Of a stretch of DNA of 64,000 nucleotides, positions 1 to 12,844 are shown piece by piece; the first letter of the stretch is position 1; each line of letters starts with the position of its first letter. The position numbers and the translations under genes are program-made. The stretch is from Leidyana gryllorum EB-2025a. Its lineage: Eukaryota; Protista; Apicomplexa. The stretch spans positions 151,243 to 215,242 of the forward strand of contig JBLWGC010000047.1 in the NCBI GenBank assembly GCA_048772705.1. Reading direction: 5' to 3'. The notes under the pieces are model-generated. The model ran no database searches and was not told the origin of the DNA. It was given only the letters and a program-made list of their open reading frames with translations.

Positions 1-726
1 TTCCAGGAGGCATGTTTTGGATGCTGTTGTCCAACCGCCTACCCGTCAGCCGCTCGGCGAGATGAATGGCGAGAGTATATGGCTCGGGAGTGGATGAGTG
101 GGAATTCGCGCACTGACCTCGAAGCGCCACTCGTTCCGGGGCCGCCGGACGACATGGAGACGAACTGCGGTGACGAGAGCCAAGAAGAGCAGCCTGCTTG
201 AGGCACAGCCAAGGCGGAATGGCGTGAATGAATGAATGAATGAACGAATGTTTGGCAGTGATCAGTGGGGCAGACAGGCGTTGAGGCAGGCGGCTCCATA
301 TTGTTTACTGCTCTCAGTCGTTGACTACTCTCACTCTTCGTCTGGTGCCTCGTATTGTTGCCCCCTGCCATCATTGCTGCAAGTATTGAACATAGATTAG
401 AGCGAGATTTGCAGAAGGAGAACCGCCCCGGGTTGTTTGTGTGGCAGCTTCGTGTTGTCGCCCATCCAAAGGGTGTTATGATATAGAGAGTAGAGAAGTT
501 GCCCCTAATTTTCAGTCATGTGGACCTTTTTGTATTGAGAGGACTGACTACTTATCGCGTTGTGGGCATTGTCTGCCGCTCTGAATTGTGACCGATCTCT
601 CTTCTCTGTCTGTGTGTGGGCACAAAATTGATTGTCTTATTGAAGAGGTGTTTGAAGGTAATTTTTGTATTCGCAAATGGGTAGCAACGGCGTGATGTTG
701 GCTAGCTATGGTTCACAGAAATTTCA

Positions 727-2493
727 CTATGACAGGGGGGTTTCACCACCGCCTCCCCCAGTGGCAGGTCTGGTTGGGAACTCTCTGGGTAGAGATAGGA
801 GATGATCGATGAGAGCAACAGAGCGTGGGGACCAGCCTGGGAATCTTCGTTGTCCTGCCGTAGCTTGTATTTGCAGCGAGTCGGTTTTGCAGGCTTGGTA
901 TAGAGTGTTGAGATCGCGCCATAAAGGAAATACTTCTTCCATGAGGTCCAGTCGGAAAGTTGTTTTGACGAAGACTTGGGCGAATTCGTGTCGGTAGAAG
1001 GCGGGGTGTGTAGCCATAAAGATGTCGAGCATAATGGTGGCGATGAGTCTGGACATTTCTAGCACAGGATAAGTCATGTTGATAAAGCAGAAGACGGAGA
1101 CACAGAGTAGAAGATCTACCATAGTCTCTGCGAGCGGTATGAGTCCCGAGTGTGGAGTGTCTTCAGCAATTGGGCTGATGATATACTCGAGCATACTGCC
1201 GACGAGGTTATGGTTACTGAGGCGGATCCCCACATCCCATATTGACATTCGCATACCGGTCATTGTTTCAAATTTGGGAGCGAAACGATCGATTGCGGCG
1301 AGATATATCATTATCCAATCAACGGGTGTTTTGTGCATTAAGCTGCCGCCTTTGAGATATGACACAATGTACATTTGAGAGATGACGAGGTCACGCACGT
1401 TATTCACGTGTGGTACCTGGTTGACAAACCATCGCGCTTTGGTCATCTGTTTGTAGTCACATTCACTGCAGACGCCGATCAGTACACAACTGGTACTGAT
1501 ACGCGGGATGTACTCGGCTTTAGGCATTATTCCACTGGCCATCGCCACATCAAAGGCGTGGACAGCTGTGAAGAAGGAACTTATGGGCCATCCCATGGTC
1601 TCTATGACCCGAGCCATCCAGTATATAATAGATTCACGACTCTGGGGAGCCGACTCAATCGTCGTACTCTTTGCCTCCCGGAACTCATACAAAGCCGCAG
1701 CTATCGGTTGGCACGGCAGCACACGTCGCACAGAATTGCTGCGGCTCGTGCAAGTAGTACGAGCGGTATGTAGATTTTCTCCACCACAACTCGGACAGTA
1801 ATCCTCGTCATCCACAGGAGCAGTACAGTAATAAGACTCACCACCTTTCATGGAAGGAGACGACGGAGTGCTGCCACGGCATTTGCAGATCCTCGAACGG
1901 CCCAAAAACTGTCGCGATAGTCTTCTCATACCCAAACGATATTGTTGATCAATTGCAGATGATGCCGCTGCCGACGCAGCGTCGCGTGATGCTGTGAGCT
2001 CATAGTTCTTCACCGCTCGTAACATTTTCAGTGGCACCACAGTCGCTGCCTCCGCTGCCAACAACGCGTCATACACACTTGGGTCACTGACCGCCTGTGT
2101 CCAACTCTGTGACAGCTCGCGCAGCTTCAGAGCCGCTGCCCGAGTTGGGCTCAGCCATCCCCATAGGACAGGGATATACTGCCTCAGAGTTCGTGGCTGA
2201 TATCGAACGCGATCATCCACGTTTCCTCCCGGGAGATCAGACTGGCTACGATGGAACTGAGCGGGATACGATCCTCGATATTGTTGTTGTTGTTGTTGTT
2301 GATGTTGTCGAGCAGAAGGAAATGGGGAGTCCAGTAGAATCGGACCGGCAGTCCTTTGATGCATTAGTCGGCGGCTGGTCAGACTGCCCGCCGGCGGATT
2401 CGATGATCGCAACGGCAGGTGCGAGATCGGCTGCTGGTGACCATGGGGGTGGTCTGACCAAATAGACTTGTGGCACGGAACTGGACCATACAT
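727..2493 (-). CDS. Divergent cyclin-domain protein with long low-complexity/polyQ N-terminus
   Basis: First ATG of the 629-aa ORF is at 2493 (MYGPVP). RESIIYWMARVIETMGWPISSFFTAVHAFD resembles cyclin-box helices 1-2 (RxxLxxW...TxxxAVxxxD); KTPVDWI resembles the PTxxxF turn; polyQ from (TTG)n at ~2280-2300. Confidence 0.7.
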   Translation of the reverse strand: MYGPVPCHKSIWSDHPHGHQQPISHLPLRSSNPPAGSLTSRRLMHQRTAGPILLDSPFPSARQHQQQQQQQYRGSYPAQFHRSQSDLPGGNVDDRVRYQPRTLRQYIPVLWGWLSPTRAAALKLRELSQSWTQAVSDPSVYDALLAAEAATVVPLKMLRAVKNYELTASRDAASAAASSAIDQQYRLGMRRLSRQFLGRSRICKCRGSTPSSPSMKGGESYYCTAPVDDEDYCPSCGGENLHTARTTCTSRSNSVRRVLPCQPIAAALYEFREAKSTTIESAPQSRESIIYWMARVIETMGWPISSFFTAVHAFDVAMASGIMPKAEYIPRISTSCVLIGVCSECDYKQMTKARWFVNQVPHVNNVRDLVISQMYIVSYLKGGSLMHKTPVDWIMIYLAAIDRFAPKFETMTGMRMSIWDVGIRLSNHNLVGSMLEYIISPIAEDTPHSGLIPLAETMVDLLLCVSVFCFINMTYPVLEMSRLIATIMLDIFMATHPAFYRHEFAQVFVKTTFRLDLMEEVFPLWRDLNTLYQACKTDSLQIQATAGQRRFPGWSPRSVALIDHLLSLPREFPTRPATGGGGGETPLS

Positions 2494-2834
2494 CGTTGAT
2501 ACAAAGGGCAACAAGATAGGAGGAGAAAATCCGACTCGCAATCCACGCTCACAGCTCTGGGGACGTAGTTCGTACTCCGCAGCGTCAAGATGTACAAAGG
2601 GGAGGAAGTCAACCAACGGGTGCCGCGTGTTCTGTGTGTGTATATATCTTAATTCTAACTAACTAGAATATGAGCACAGTCGCAAAGACAAATGGCACAT
2701 AAAGAGACAATTCACCCCGTGTCTCCTTTGCCAACACTCCAATTTGTTGCCAGCTCACACGTCCCCCAACACCTTGGCACCTCCTCAATCCCCATAACTT
2801 CCCAAGATGGACTTTGTGCTATTTTTAGCCCAAA

Positions 2835-5114
2835 ATGAACCCTGCGCTACTCGAACTCGACTATGGCAACGATGACCTCGAGCTCCCACCCTCAGTCGCC
2901 GACACAGTAAGCCTCTGACATCTCAAAACACCACACACACCCTAAACACACACACGGCCCTGCAATATCCTCACGCATACACACTCACACCCCCTCAGGT
3001 TCTCGATCTTTCCAACAGTGGTCTTCATGTGTCCACAACTTTCAAGCCCGACCCTCACTGGGGGAGCATCAGCTCCCCCATCAATGCTGATAGTGACTCT
3101 GACGACGACGAAGAGGACCCCGAACCAACAACACAAGGGGATCACCTTGGACAGACTCAAGTCCCGGGATCGACCCCCACTGCTGCTCACAGTATGCAGC
3201 CTTTGAGTATGATGGCCGAGCCTTCTCTATCACCTGAAGCATTGTACGAAAACAGCTCAAGCTCTAGCTTACTGTTCGATCCGCCACTATCAACCCGGCC
3301 GCCTGCCTCCCAGGCCATACTGCCCGCCCTGACCCCACAATTCCCGCTTCGACCGGGTGTCTCGTCACCTCTTTTATGTGTGAGTGATGCAGCAGCACCA
3401 CTGGCAGTAGTTGATGCTCCGAGTCCTACTACAATCGACCCCCATAACGATATATTGCAAGCCGATTCCCTTTCCGCACCGGAAGCGGAAATTGTGGATA
3501 TATCCTCAGAGGAGGAGGATGGAGAGGCAGCAGATCGTGGAGCTCTGTTGCGGCCCCTCCCGCGTCCCCTAATGGCTCGGCGGAGTGGCGGGAAGTCGTT
3601 TGCGTCAACCCGCTGGCAGGTCGCTCGGGCTGTTGCCGAGTCGTTGGGGAATGAGCTCGCGAGCGATGATGGGAATTGGACCGGCGGTGGAGAGGGCGAG
3701 GAGACTCGACGGAAGCGTCCACGAGAAGAGCGGGAGCGCGAGCGAGACGTCATATTGTCTGATGAATGGCTGGCCAAGCTGGTGTCTGCCATGGAGAAGC
3801 GGTTTGTGGTGCAGCCGCGGTCGGGCGAGGGTCCGCCTCCTCCAGCAGCGGATGGTGAGAGTGGGGAAGCGAGCGACAATGAACCTCCCCCTTCTGTTCG
3901 AGTGCCGCCACAACCACCCGACCTGTCGTCTCGGATCCCGAAGAAGAAGAAACCACGGGGCGGTTCGGGAATGGACAATGCGGAGCTCCGTGGAGGAGCA
4001 ACGAATACTCTGGTGGGCATCGCTCCCCCTTCGTCTCCAAGTGTGACCAATTCAACGACTCACACGACTAATAATTCACCTAATCCTCTGATGGCCGGTG
4101 AAGAGAGGGCTCCTTCTTCACCGGCATCGTCACAACCCGTATCTCCCGGTCTCAACAAGTCAAAAAGCACCTCTCCCACGGTCGGTTCGGGACGCACATT
4201 GGACGAGTGGGCAGGGCGTGGCAAGATGAGAGGACAAGGCAAAGGGGCTGGGAAGTTCATGGGCCGTGGAAAGTGCCTTCCGTCTCCCTCACTGGCGGAC
4301 GACGGCTCCTCTTCCTCGTCCGGCTCCTCTTCTGCGTCGTGCTCATCTTCGTCGTCGTCAGCGTCCTCAGACCTCAACAACGATCCCTCGGTTGAGAGCA
4401 CAGACCTCGGAACTCGTACTACAACCACCACCACCACCAGGCGGCGACCAAAACCAAAGACCAATGCCCTGGTGGTCCGCAAAGGGCTACGGAGTGGTGG
4501 GGCGCGGGAAAACGGCGGCAAGTCTCTACTGATAGCCGCGTCGGCGGCTCCTTCGCCATCAGCGGCAACGCGGTTCCTGAGAAACTCATCGTCTCCGTCC
4601 TCAGTGTCGCGTTCGCCGTCCCCAGCGCTCGGGCCGCGTTTGCCCGCGGCCTCTATAGAACTAGCGTCATTTCACCATATACCGATCCACGAGCTGAGCG
4701 AACGAGACTCCAAGTATGTGATAGATGGCTATCTCTTAACGGCGGAGATCAAATTGTCGTGGCATCGACGGAAGAGAAAACAGGACAGAGTGTGTCATGG
4801 CTACAGTCGTCTGGCTCCCGGGTACCGAATTAGCTGTCCAGTTCTGGAAGAAGCGGACCGCGTTCGATATACAGTGAGTGGAGTGGAGTTTTGTTGATCG
4901 ACTTTCTGCGTAGAATTCACCCACGGGTTGGCGAGCCCAGTGCAACTATCCCGGACACAACTCGCATCGCATGGAGGAGTTTTTGCTCAGTAGACGTGAT
5001 ATCGCCATTGAGTACTTCAGTTGGTGGTTCTGTGAAAGGATGGCCCCTCAGACCAGACTGAAATGGCCAGACGGCGAGGGCATCGTCAGAAGGTACCATG
5101 TATTGATACCCTGA
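2835..5114 (+). CDS. Ser/Pro-rich low-complexity nuclear protein with a small C-terminal globular domain (possibly AP2-like)
   Basis: ATG 2835; GT-AG introns 2907-2998 and 4874-4913 keep frame with ORF 3029-4897; NLS-like PKKKKPR; spliced C-terminus VRYTNSPTGWRAQCNY...FLLSRRDIAIEYF; stop 5112-5114. Confidence 0.65.
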
Positions 5115-5141
5115 ATCCATGTGAGAGTACTTGAAAAAATA

Positions 5142-7953
5142 ATGTATTCCACCCCTCTGCGCCGCTCCCACCCGGTACTTCCCCTCGCCTTCTTCGCGGT
5201 CAAGAAAGTCGAAGACGACGAAGATGACGAACAACTCACCACCACCGTAGACTTGTCAGCAGCAGCCGCGCCCCCCTTAGAGAGCAGTCACCAACAACGC
5301 TCTTCCCTAGGAGGTGTCCAGACCCTCGGCACCACACAATGGTCAGTCACCGATCTCACCGACTGGCAGACTAGCTGGGGCCCTGGACAACGACTCGCCG
5401 CCAAGTCCAGAAATATCACTTCTATATTCAATCGATCATCCCTACGACCCCAAGGAGGATTCCTAGAGGCTTTGAGAACACTCAGACGCGTCTCGAAGCC
5501 ACTACGCACCCAAAGGTTACGGGATGTCCGCAAGGCAGGAAGCGCCCTCGGAGCTCTTCAAGATGCAGCAGGGGATCCCTATCCACCCCGAAACCTCACC
5601 CCCATAGATACCACATCTACTGCTGGTTTCCAACTCATTGATGAGATCAGATTCTTTTTCAGCGTCTGTATCTCCGCTTATCCCCCTCAACATGTATCCA
5701 AACACTACGGCATCAAGCTACAGGTAAAGATTGCACTCAACATCCACTCCAACAGACTGTCCTCCATACCATATTGCTCACGTCACGATGCCAAAAGCGC
5801 TTCTCCTCCGAGCAAATTGTACATAAAGTTGTGAATCAAATGTACCAAAATGTGGAGTGAATGTGGATGGGATGGGATGCTTCTGTATGTGAGAGACGTG
5901 GTGTTTGTGTGTGCGTGTTCTGAGTGTGTGTTTGTGTGTGCGTGTTCTGAGTGTGTGTGTTTGTGTGTGTAACGACGTTCGCGCGAGAGCTTCTTTGCAG
6001 TGCTTTGCTTTGTTATATAGTCACGGTTCCCCTGTTAGGCTCGCACGATGCCCGAAACAGTCCGAGAATTCCTCACTGGCAAGCCTAGCGGAAGCAATGA
6101 CGAGGCGGTCATCGTAGACTATCTTGATAAGGCTGACGTTCATCGTCCAGCGTACTGCTTGGCGGTAGATAACATACGCCAGCTGATCCTTTTGGTCATC
6201 CGCGGTTCGGCCCAATTCAGCGATGTGGCGACCGACGTGCAGTGCGAGGTTGTCACGGAGACGCGAACGCACGACGGAATGGGCCGTGCGGCTGCTTGGT
6301 TTGACGATCACCTCTGTCCGACTGTAACCTTTCTCGCAAATCTATACCCTACCTACCCGATCCGACTCATTGGACACTCATTGGGCGGAGGAGTGGCAAG
6401 TTTGCTAACAATGCGATGGCTTCACAAGACTGCTATAGCTGGGCCGCCCCCGAATCGACCACGTCTCAAAGCTTATAGTTACGGAGCGCCCGCAATATGT
6501 ACACCTGATTTGGCAGCGACCTTTCGAAGCCACATCACCAGCGTGTCGTGTGGTCGTGATATAATTGCCCGTTTAAGTTATGGCTCTGTAGTCAACATGA
6601 CTAACATGTTGTTGTCCATGTGCCAAATCCTAAAGTATGGCGCGGCTGGTGATACTGTACCCACCATTAAGGAGGCGCTCCATCGAAAAGAGCGTACCCA
6701 AGGATTATTCACTGCGTTCACTCATGCCAAAGACTATGTGGAACAAGCCTTTCATGAGCAAGCAAGTTTAGTCCAACACACCCATGCCCGTAAGCTCTCG
6801 CCGCACCATCGCGCCCGCCACATACGCTCCAGGCATCGCCAATAAATTCACAACTCCCACCACTGATGAAGAGTCGGACGACGAAGAAGATGAATGTCGA
6901 CGACCTGGGGGGCCACGCCTAGAGGCCTTTCCCGAAAATGAATGCGAATCGCCTTCTCCCTCTTATCGCTCAATGTCGCACGCTCAGTTCGAGAAGACGC
7001 CTACTTCTCCTAAACGCAACCTGAGAGATGTCATGGCCCATGGCGTCCAAGGCGTTAAGGCCAATTTTGCTATGTTCATCAAAAGCAATAGATCTCAAGA
7101 AGAATTTCGGTGAGCTCCACGAATCTTTGTAACTCTGTCGGAAGCCGAGCGTTCGTGGACGCTGGCTATCCTACACAGGGGGTGAACCGCTTACGATATG
7201 ACTACGTTTTCTCAGAGCTGCGCTGCAAGAGATTCGAAAAGTAAAAGACCAAACCGACAGGACAATCCTATGTCCTGCTGGACAATGGTACCTGTTCGTC
7301 CCTGCTGTACATTTTCTGATGGCTGGATTGCCTCCGCCAGTCCATCTACTTCCAGGTAAGAACACAGCTGTGATTTGAACAATAACACACACTCGTGTGT
7401 GTACGCTGTCTGTCTGTCTCCGTGTGGCCGTTCGCCAACCAGCTTTGAGGACATACCGTTCACTTCAGGCGGCTTTGCGATGTTTAATGCTTCCGAGCGC
7501 GTTCTGAGTATTTGCGATGAGATGATTTTTGTTCGGAGGGCTGTCCATGACCACTATCCGACGTACATAAACTTTGCCTTGGGTAATCCATTAGGTATGA
7601 CGATGCCGGAGCCTATGGCTGGAGAGATGGAAGGCGCTATAGACTTGGGAGTGGATGTTCAGGTTCGCCCAGAGTGGCAGTTGCCCCACCTGGGGCTTAT
7701 GCATCGACATTTGCGAAGCCGACAATTGGCATGGCATATGAACGCAGATCCGCTGCCTGCCCGGCCTGTTTTATTAACAAGGCACCCCGCGGCGGCCCCC
7801 TCTCCCCCTTCTAGTCCTCAACGTTTGGACACACAATCCACTGTGCCCTCCACGCCACGTCCAGAAGACAAGGACAGCATCACAACCACCAAGTATTTAG
7901 ATGCCCGGCAGACTAAGGGTTGTGTCTGCTGGAGTCCTCGCAGACGCCGCTGA
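5142..7953 (+). CDS. Class 3 lipase (diacylglycerol lipase-like), multi-exon; 3' end uncertain
   Basis: LVIRGS, THDGM, nucleophile motif LIGHSLGGGVA, YSYGAP, DIIARL in ORF 6048-6845; introns such as 5724-5755 and 6790-6832 join neighbouring ORFs. Confidence 0.85.
5895..5970. repeat. Intronic GT-rich minisatellite (about 2.5 x 27 bp)
   Basis: gtgtttgtgtgtgcgtgttctgagtgt repeated inside the long lipase intron. Confidence 0.8.
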
Positions 7954-8245
7954 GCAGATGCAATGAGTGGAGGTAGAAGCGAAGGAGAGCAATTGATGAA
8001 AGCTGGTGAATTACAGATGATAGCTGCCCGATCGTAGAATAGCTCGATCGATTCTTTGTTAACTGCCCCCTTTGAGAATTTCCTACGTATGTCGAACAAA
8101 GCGGGGGCAGTCTGTCTCAATTCAGATTGGGTCCAAAGAGAAGTCGTCTGCTGGAGTTCGGTCGCGTTGAGAGTCACACATACACACACACGCATACAAG
8201 TTTGGCTATAACTAGTCGCGCTCGCTCTGTTCGGCAATCTTTTTT

Positions 8246-11213
8246 CTAACTCACAAATAGTGGTGTCATGACCTGCAGTGTATGATGGGGGCAGCTTGGA
8301 TGGGGGGCTTAACTCACCAGTGTTACGGTCGCTACCAACTTGATCAGCACATGCACAGAAGGGCCTGCTGTATCCTTGCACGGATCACCCACGGTATCGC
8401 CAACCTGTTGTCCAACATTGTTTCTGACAGATCGGATGATCAAACTCACCACAGCGGCTTTGTGGGCTTCTGAGCCTTTTCCGCCCAGTACGCCAGTCTC
8501 GATGTACTTTTTAGCATTGTCCCATGCACCTCCTCCGTTGTTCAGGAAGAGTGCCATTAAGATTCCAGTGGAAGTGGCGAACATCATGAAGGCTCCCAAA
8601 GCCTCAACCCCCAAGAGAGGATTCCCACGCGCCGCGCCAATGAGTCTGCGGAAGTGTATACGACCTAAACACGGTCTCTTACTTGAAGCAAAGGCCCACA
8701 ACTATGGGTGAAAGGGCAGCCACGAGGCCAGGGAGTATCATTTGTCGAGTGGCTGCTTCACTCACAATCTTGACGCATTTCCGGTAGTCGGGTAGCTCTT
8801 GGAAAGTCATTATATTCGGCCGTTCGCGGAATTGCCGTCTGACCTCAGCAACAACATCGCCAGCGGTGGTTCCCACCGCGTTCATAGCCATTGCAGAGAA
8901 GAGGAAGATCGTTGCAGCTCCCAGCAGACCGCCCACAAACACATCGGGGCTCGTAATGTCTACAATCTTGAACGGCTTCTTTACAAAGATAGACACTTCA
9001 TCAAGGAAGGCCGAGAATAGCAAGAAGCTGGCCAACGCAGCTGTCCCCACGGAGAAGCCTTTGGTGTTGGCTTTGGTGACGTTGCCCACTGCGTCCAATC
9101 TATCAGTGATTTCCCGAGTGGTACCATCCTAATGTGATGGGAGATGTGTTTCCGACAGGCGCACACACGCGTTTGTGGTCCTTACCGTTCCAGCAGATGT
9201 CATTTCCACAATGCCTCCAGCATTGTCGGCTATTGGGCCGAATGAAGACATGGACAGTACATATACAGCTGTGGACAGCATCCCCATGGTAGCAACGGCT
9301 GTTCCAAAGAGACCGCCGAGAGCGGGCGATTCTGGTGAAATTCCGCTTACCACACCTGTGGTTGTGGATTATTCGTTGGTGGTGGGGGTTGCGGCATTAT
9401 AGTTTTACCTTGGTGATATGCGAAGACGATAGCGATCGAGATCGCGACAACTGGGATGGCGGTACTTTCCAAGCCAACGGACAGGCCGGCAATAATATTG
9501 GTGGCTGGTCCTGAATTACTTGCGGTGGCAATACGTTGTACTTTGGAGTAGTTGTAGTCCGTATAGTACTGGGTGGCGAAGAGGAAGACGAGGGCGCAGA
9601 GGATACCTGAGAGGCCACAGAGGGCGAATCCTCTCCAGGCGTGAGGTGCGTCGGCAGGGTTGAGGAAGAGGTAGCACAGACAAGTGAAGGAGATAGCTCC
9701 TGCAACGCAGGTATAGAAATAGACGGATATCATGTCTTTGAGCGGGTTTTGTGCGCGACGACTGTTTGCGGGTGATCCATCTGCGCCGAGTGGCAAGAGT
9801 GAGCGGTTTCCACGGCCACCCCCAGGGACCCGGCCGACCGCAAAAACTGCAATAGTGGATATTAGCAGGTCGACTGAATGAACGGCGAGAGGAAAGAGGA
9901 CAAAGCCCGCGGCCGTGCGTTCCGGGAGTTTGGCTTCAGATGCCAGCGCACTGCCGAGGATCATGGCTGCCAGCATTTCTGCGGCCAATGACTCAAAGAC
10001 ATCAGCGCACTGTCCGGCACAGTCACCAACGTTGTCGCCCACCAAATCAGCAATGACAGCGGGGTTGCGGTAGTCATCCTCGGGTATTCCGGCTTCAACT
10101 TTACCGACGAGATCGGCTCCGACGTCGGCTGCTTTGGTATAGATTCCGCCTCCCAGTTGAGCGAACATGGCGACCAGACTGGCGCCAAAGCCGAAGCCGA
10201 CGAGGAGAAGTGGTAACTTGAGGGTGGGTACCCCTGGGAATAAGAGGTGGCAGGTGAGCATCATCATAGCCAATCCCCCAACAGCCAGCGCTACATTGAT
10301 GATTGAGCTGAAAGCTCCGCCCCTGAAACAGATTCTCAAGGCTTCCTCGTAGGTTTTGTGAGCGGCTGCAGCAACGCGGCAGTTCGCGCGTACTGAAACC
10401 CAAACTCCGCTGTAGCCCGACAGGGCGGAAGCAAAGGCCCCCATTAGGAATGTGATGGAGGATACAAAAGCGAACTGGACGGGCGATATGCCCTCTCTGA
10501 TATCCTGAGGTAAAGAATCGGCCGATCGTACAGCGTAGCAGATGAAAAGGGCAATAGCGATGACCCCCGATATCTTGAGGATCGAGGAGTTCTGAGTGGC
10601 ATAGAAACCTTCGGCACCTTCTTGAATGGCTGTAGCTATCTCGACGGTGTGATCGTCCCCTTCGTCTTGAGCCATTATCCAAGACAACATCCAGAAGGAT
10701 ATCACACAGAAGATTATAGCTACCGTCAGAGCAGCAAAGTTGTATACAACGAAACCCTCATTAACGGTCAAAGACACAATCAGAAGTAACCCCAGAAGAC
10801 CAGCGATCAGCGCCGAAGTTGATATAATCCGGGTACTCGGACTCAGTCGTCGGAACTCATTCACAGCCATTTCAAAACACCTGATCACCCAGCCGGCCAT
10901 ATTCCAAATCTCTCACCACCACTCACTGATTCGCGATTCCACCTGTCATTGTCATTGTCCTCGTCCGCTTTCCTTTCCGGGACGAAGGGACGCCTCCTCC
11001 AGCAGACGTGGCGTACTCTCCTCCCCCGTTGCCAGACGATGACGACGATGGGTCCAACCGTAAAGAGTCATGATGCTGTCCTATCAGAGTCGAAAAACTG
11101 CCTTGGCTATGGATAGGCGCAGACGGAATCGGCACCGGAATGCCTCCTCCATTCGTCATCAGACCTCCTTCAGCCGGACTGAAGCGCTGAGATGCTCCAG
11201 CCGGTGGTATCAT
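8246..11213 (-). CDS. Membrane H+-translocating pyrophosphatase, K+-independent (type II / VP2-like)
   Basis: [69 protein letters not shown]; Lys in GNVTKA is the established K+-independence determinant; several short introns. Confidence 0.95.
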
Positions 11214-11283
11214 TGCTCAAGTTCTTTTTTGGACGGACACGGGACCAGAGAGAGTTAGTTGCTCACTCCCAACATGCACAAGT

Positions 11284-12361
11284 CTACTGGGCAACCTTTG
11301 ACACTACCCATTCGTAACCCCGCAACAATGCCCCTGGGGCAAGTGGATGCCTCAACAAACGCAGAACATACGAGTGAACCAACGTGAAGCTCTGCTTCGT
11401 GTAGTAATTCAGACTCGATCGGCCCCGCAACATCTGCCAGTAAAGGACCACAGGCCACAAACGGGTACGACCCATCAAAGTGAACACCAATAACAATATC
11501 CCAGTCGCAACTTCCAAATGCGCCCGGGTTGTATTCAGATCCACCCTCTGTGTGAACCAAATATTGCCATGAACCACCTTCTTGCCCTTACCTTCCGTTT
11601 AATCACATCCAAATAAGGCTTCAGCATAGACACCTGATTCAAACTCGGCGAGTCTGCAATCATCTGAATAGCTCCGATTATGGGAGACAGCATGGCCGAG
11701 AACACCTGAAGACACAAACCCGTAATCGATCACATTCAACTCCTCTCTAACTCACCCGTAGAGAAGCTGAACCCATCACAATCATCAGAATCTGGAAACC
11801 CTCCAGCTGACACGCCGCGTTCCACCACATCAGGTTGAATTTCGGCACACCCATGTGAGAACACACGTTCGCCACGCACCCAATGATGAAGGCCACCAAT
11901 GACACCGTGTACGCCCGAGTCGCCAGTGCCACTGGCATCATCGATATCAGATTGAATATCAACGCAGCTCCCAGATGCAATGTTGCCACCTTCTCCAAAC
12001 TCGCTCGACCGGCAGAAGGGGCCGGAGGCACATATCCGCCAGGAGGAGGTACCCCATATCCACCAGCGGAACTTCCCCCACAGGACGCTCCTCCAGGCGG
12101 CACTGAAGACGACGTCGTCGACGACGTCTCCTGCCCGACAGTCGAGGTGAGGTCAAACTCGGGATCAACCTCTTTCTTGTAGTACTTCTTCTTGTACTTG
12201 AGGACTTGACCCGCCGCCGGAGTCGGATATAAATTGGTCAGATACTCCTGCCACTTGGCATCGTTACGCCAGTCGTGCTCTGAGAATTACCCATTCTACA
12301 TCCCCACCTCCTCACTCTATTCCAGCTTACCCAGAAAGGCACGTTCAGATGCAGTGGCCAT
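11284..12361 (-). CDS. TMEM33/Pom33 family ER/nuclear-envelope membrane protein
   Basis: Spliced N-terminus MATASERAFLEHDWRNDAKWQEYLTNLYP...KYKKKYYKKEVDPEFD; TM helices; C-terminal AHLEVATG...LYWQMLRGR...YTKQSF...HPLAP fits the family pattern. Confidence 0.75.
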
Positions 12362-12382
12362 ATTGCCCAAATATTTTGTTGC

Positions 12383-12816
12383 TCATTCGGAAGAATTCAA
12401 AAAGATGATCAATCCGCAACTCATCACAAGCAGTACCACCAGTATCGCTATCAGCGTGGCCTTGATTCGCTCATCCCCTCGCCTCGATTCCATTAATTTG
12501 TCCCTCGTCTTCTGCAATGAGATTGGCTCCATTGACGACTCTTCGATCCCGGATGACTCCAGCTCCGAATGAACATTTGGTTTCCTCATGCGCATCCTTT
12601 TCAATGCCTTCTTCTCCAAGTGCCTCTGCTCCCTTTCCTGCTTTCTCAATGTCTCCTCCAGAGCGTGACGTTGCATCGGTGAGAGCCCCGGCAGCTGACT
12701 CAACACTTGACGGCCCACAATCGTCCCCTCCTGAAGCAAAATAGATTACCCACGCCAAAATCCACTCTTACCACATTGTACAGGCCAAGCACCGCCACCA
12801 GCAGCAATAGTCTCAT
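12383..12816 (-). CDS. Small protein with signal peptide and C-terminal TM helix, unknown function
   Basis: Exon 1 MRLLLLVAVLGLYNV, ~40-nt GT-AG intron, joins ORF 12383-12739 ending in hydrophobic LIAILVVLLVMSCGLIIFL. Confidence 0.65.
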
Positions 12817-12844
12817 TCTCTCACACAAGGTGCAGAGTTCGATC

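Noticed and set aside
39-374. 111-aa ORF at the left edge
   Set aside because: Contains a (GAAT)n microsatellite and no motif; may be the 5' end of a gene outside the window but cannot be supported.
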